Shown here piece after piece: positions 60,624 through 64,000 of a stretch of DNA of 64,000 nucleotides. The notes under the pieces were generated by a model. It saw nothing but the letters and a program-made list of their open reading frames with translations. It had not been told where the DNA came from and ran no database searches. The translations under genes were made by a program, and so were the position numbers. The DNA is taken from IMG/VR virus record IMGVR_UViG_3300044858_003017, one strand, 5' to 3'. Source of the DNA: a virus. Each line of letters begins with the position of its first letter. Within the stretch, counting starts at the first letter, position 1.

Positions 60624-61432
60624 ACTCCTCGTTTAGTGTCAAATGCAATAATATGGTCTCTTCCTGTCATGTTATATCCATATTCGGCACACATATCAAA
60701 TACCACCGGATACATATGAATTAATTCTTCTCGGGTATCGCCTGCTGGCATAATAAATGTTTTATCCTTAGGAATATTCATTTCTACCCGGAATTCTTCA
60801 ATCTCTGCTAAATTTTCTTGAGTGCCATCCCATACTGGTTTATAATGATAATCCGTATGAAATTCCATCATTTGTTTGATTGCATCTTTTTTGAGACGAA
60901 ATTTGTTATGTTGCGCCACCATCTTCTCATCCGTAATCGTCCCTTGCGGCGTAGCAACACCCACAACGGGAACACTGTTACTAAATTTAGGACTAAGACT
61001 AACCAAGCCGATAGGGTAATCAGTGGCAATAAAATGAGATCCTTCCGTCTCAATCGTGATAAGAATGTTTCTTTCATGTGCAAAATGCGTTAATTCATTT
61101 ACCAATGCCGGATGCATCGTTGGCGATCCACCAGTTAACATCATTTCTTTGATATGAGGATTTTCATCATATATCTTGATAATGTCATTGAAACAGAATG
61201 TTCCTTTTTCTGGGTGTATACTTGTATACCAACTATCACACCAACCGCCTTCGCCAAAGAAGCAACGATGCGTGCATCCTGTAGTTCGTACTGCTATTGT
61301 AGGTCTACCAAATCGGCTTCCTTCTGATTGAACGCATCTATACAATTCAACAATTGGTAATACTTTATCGTAGTCTGTGATTCTTTTAGAATGGGAGGTC
61401 GTCATCGTGGTACTCATTACTATTGGTAACAT
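60620..61432 (-). CDS. queE: 7-carboxy-7-deazaguanine synthase (radical SAM); real start probably near 61405
   Basis: QSEG, RTTGCTHRC...WCDS, TGGSP, IETEG, SLSPK. Confidence 0.92.
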   Translation of the reverse strand: MLPIVMSTTMTTSHSKRITDYDKVLPIVELYRCVQSEGSRFGRPTIAVRTTGCTHRCFFGEGGWCDSWYTSIHPEKGTFCFNDIIKIYDENPHIKEMMLTGGSPTMHPALVNELTHFAHERNILITIETEGSHFIATDYPIGLVSLSPKFSNSVPVVGVATPQGTITDEKMVAQHNKFRLKKDAIKQMMEFHTDYHYKPVWDGTQENLAEIEEFRVEMNIPKDKTFIMPAGDTREELIHMYPVVFDMCAEYGYNMTGRDHIIAFDTKRGV

Positions 61433-61787
61433 TATTATCTAATTTTTTTATTAATTCGTTGATTTGTGTTTCTAATTTGTTTAATCTAGATTCAATTTCT
61501 ATCAAAGCCGATCGTCTTACTATCGGTGTCGAATCAACTTCTGCTTTAGTTGCAAAGTATTCATCTAAAAATGATAACGGATACAATTGCACTTGAGTAT
61601 ATTCAGGCTTCTGCATATCTTTAGGTAACATTTTCCATTTAAGCTCAATACCTTGTTTAACAGCTTCAGCTGTTACTTCTCGACCAATGTTCGATCCACC
61701 GGAACCTTTACCTAAATATTCAAAAAGCGATAGATACGTTTCTTCATTTTCATTCTTCATAACTTGCTGCATTTCTTTCGTGTTCAT
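61386..61787 (-). CDS. hypothetical protein with acidic DDDLPF C-terminus
   Basis: LSLFEYLGK...LYPLSFLDEYF, coiled coil, SSB-like tail; start may be 61760. Confidence 0.7.
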   Translation of the reverse strand: MNTKEMQQVMKNENEETYLSLFEYLGKGSGGSNIGREVTAEAVKQGIELKWKMLPKDMQKPEYTQVQLYPLSFLDEYFATKAEVDSTPIVRRSALIEIESRLNKLETQINELIKKLDNNVTNSNEYHDDDLPF

Positions 61788-62214
61788 AAACTTCTACTTT
61801 AACGGCTCTTACTCTACCATCGGTTTCTTTTTCTAAAAAAGTATTGATTGTGTTGTATAGGAATTCTGCAAATTTTTCACAACCCGTCGCCGGCAGTATC
61901 CTTAATTGAATGATCCCATTGGAATACATTTTGTGAAATGTATCTAAATATGGATCATCGCTAGCAATAATAGTTGTATGATCTAGCAACCAAGCAAAAT
62001 AGTCTTTTGGAGACATGCCGTTAATAGTATTCTTTGCTCGCTTCATGCCACCAAAGTCCCAAACCCAATTTCTTTCATCTAATTCACCCTCAAACCATAC
62101 TCTAAAAGATATAGCGTATCCATGTAAAAATCTACAATGAGTTCCTTCTGCACGCCATTGGCGGAAACATGTTGAATACCCGTCAAATAATTTAGTTGAT
62201 TGAAATTTAGCCAT
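61750..62214 (-). CDS. queD: 6-carboxytetrahydropterin synthase
   Basis: CRFLHGY, WVWDFG, LDH, GCEKFA, VYE. Confidence 0.9.
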   Translation of the reverse strand: MAKFQSTKLFDGYSTCFRQWRAEGTHCRFLHGYAISFRVWFEGELDERNWVWDFGGMKRAKNTINGMSPKDYFAWLLDHTTIIASDDPYLDTFHKMYSNGIIQLRILPATGCEKFAEFLYNTINTFLEKETDGRVRAVKVEVYEHERNAASYEE

Positions 62215-62215
62215 A

Positions 62216-62881
62216 TTAATAACCTTTTACGAATTCATAAAATTCTGCTCGGGTAGCATCATCATCTCTAAATGCACCGGTTAACTTAGATGTCTTCATT
62301 GAAGCTCCACCATGTTTAACTCCTCGGCATTGAACACAATTATGAGTTGCTTCAATCATAACAGCTACACCTTTATTGTCATTGATAATAGTAGTGATAG
62401 CATTATGAATTGCTACCGTTAATTGTTCTTGTATTGCACCTCTTCTACCAAAATGCTCTACTAATCGATTTAATTTTGATAAACCGATAACTTTGCTATC
62501 AGTACCTGGAATATATGCAACATGAACTCGACCCATAATAGTTTGATGATGATGTGAGCACATTGAAGTTAATGGAATACCTCCTTCAAATACCATACCA
62601 TCATATCCATCAGATGGAAATGCGGTGATGTCTGGAGTGCCATCATATCGACCAGCCCACAAATCATTTACATATGCTTTTGCAACTCTTCTAGGAGTAT
62701 CTGAACTATTAGGATCGTTACGCCAATCACACTTAAGTGCATCAAGAAACTCGCCAAATGCCTTAGCAGCTTCTTCAATCATTTTGTCTTTTTCTTGTCG
62801 GGTAAATGGTGCACCAGGAGCAGAACCATTTGCATAACCTAATTTAACTAATTCTAAATTTTGCTTTTGTTTTTCTGTCAT
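62216..62881 (-). CDS. folE: GTP cyclohydrolase I
   Basis: TPRRVAK, SMCSHH, GLSKLNR, QEQLT, HNCVQCRG. Confidence 0.96.
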   Translation of the reverse strand: MTEKQKQNLELVKLGYANGSAPGAPFTRQEKDKMIEEAAKAFGEFLDALKCDWRNDPNSSDTPRRVAKAYVNDLWAGRYDGTPDITAFPSDGYDGMVFEGGIPLTSMCSHHHQTIMGRVHVAYIPGTDSKVIGLSKLNRLVEHFGRRGAIQEQLTVAIHNAITTIINDNKGVAVMIEATHNCVQCRGVKHGGASMKTSKLTGAFRDDDATRAEFYEFVKGY

Positions 62882-62943
62882 AACTTAATTCTTATTCTTA
62901 ATATAATAAACTTTATTGAGTTTTCAAAGTTTTTATGTAATTA

Positions 62944-64000
62944 TTACATAGTTGGATCGCCCGGTGTATCTATACCAGACCAGTCATACTTTGGCGTCTT
63001 AGTAGCTTTAGGCTTTACCCATGTTTCATAGTCTATTGGTTTGGCTTCATATGGAGTCAAATATTTATTTACAATTTGTTTAGGAATCATTTGTAATCCA
63101 GCTTTGTGATCATATTGAACTGACGGAATATATTGTACTATTTTTGATATCAACGTATTAATTTTTTCTTCCAGTCCTAATTCGCGCCAGGTTTTAAATT
63201 GTATACTATTTAAAATTAATTTAGTTATAGGATTTCGAAAATCTCGACCTAAAATATATTTATCATTCCCCGCCATATATTTGGATTCTTCAAAATCATC
63301 GTTGATTGAATCAAGTATTCCATTGGATGCAAATCTTACATAATAATCCGGAAACAATGGAGTAACATCCCATGTTTGACCAAATATCTCAGCAGGCTTT
63401 ACCCGATATTGTTTTTTATTAGTTAAAGATTTTATGTCTTCTGGCAACGGGTATGTTTGTTGATTATTATTAAATTTATATGTTTTATAATTAGGATATG
63501 GATGACGTAGTTCTTTAGTTGAAACTAATATTTCTTTAGCAACCGGATTATATTTAAGTTGATTTGGATCGCCTTCTTTTGATTGATTAAATGGAATATT
63601 GCTTCTAGGAGTTCCTTGATATACTGAATATGGTATGTTTATTTTATCTAAAATAGCTATAGATTTTGATAAATCCGGATTTCCTTTTTGAACAAATATA
63701 TCAATTCGTTTTAAATATGGCATAAAATAAAAATTACGCCCATCAACAACAATTTGTTCTTCTCCCAATTTTTCAAAATCACTATGTGTCAAATCGGCGC
63801 CAGATAATCCCTCTCCGCTATAACTAAATGGTCGTATTTGGTATTTAGTACTTAATTTATTGCCATCAAACATGAATCTAGCTATTGGTTTTGATTTCAT
63901 ATCTTGAAATCCAGCAGTACTCATATCAGCCCAACGGGTTGCTGATATTTGTTGTTCCTCATTTGGGGTCATGTATTGCGTTTTTAATATTGCAGAAACA
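62944..64000 (-). CDS. hypothetical protein, probably 5'-truncated by the window edge
   Basis: frame stays open from M at 63972 to the end of the window. Confidence 0.65.
   Translation of the reverse strand, partial: VSAILKTQYMTPNEEQQISATRWADMSTAGFQDMKSKPIARFMFDGNKLSTKYQIRPFSYSGEGLSGADLTHSDFEKLGEEQIVVDGRNFYFMPYLKRIDIFVQKGNPDLSKSIAILDKINIPYSVYQGTPRSNIPFNQSKEGDPNQLKYNPVAKEILVSTKELRHPYPNYKTYKFNNNQQTYPLPEDIKSLTNKKQYRVKPAEIFGQTWDVTPLFPDYYVRFASNGILDSINDDFEESKYMAGNDKYILGRDFRNPITKLILNSIQFKTWRELGLEEKINTLISKIVQYIPSVQYDHKAGLQMIPKQIVNKYLTPYEAKPIDYETWVKPKATKTPKYDWSGIDTPGDPTM

Overview
This window is a 64-kb segment of a large, AT-rich lytic dsDNA phage (T4-like/jumbo type) with essentially all genes on the minus strand. 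Bacteroidota-type promoters and two type IX secretion (T9SS) cargo proteins point to a Bacteroidota, probably Flavobacteriales, host. Reading in the direction of transcription (right to left): (1) a 7-deazaguanine DNA-modification and replication block: folE, queD, queE, thioredoxin, groES, HPRT, family B DNA polymerase, a five-gene cassette with cytidylyltransferase, DpdL-like protein, glycosyltransferase and TGT/DpdA-like protein, then clamp, dUTPase, clamp loader and a PD-(D/E)XK nuclease; (2) a 10-gene glycosyltransferase/methyltransferase cluster; (3) a translationally coupled lysis operon in which holins and two cell-wall enzymes are followed directly by two paralogous histidine kinases, a secreted protein, a stand-alone receiver and two membrane proteins, the most unusual element here; (4) probable virion-internal proteins sharing an N-terminal M-x-x-L-K-x-L/I-L-x-E motif; (5) MoxR/VWA, GroEL, thyA, tRNA-Glu and two T9SS adhesin-like genes; (6) small accessory genes, a non-coding CTAAAAATA repeat array, a structured ~240-nt RNA candidate and early genes behind repeated promoter/leader cassettes. 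All calls come from reading the sequence and recalling motifs; no database searches were run.
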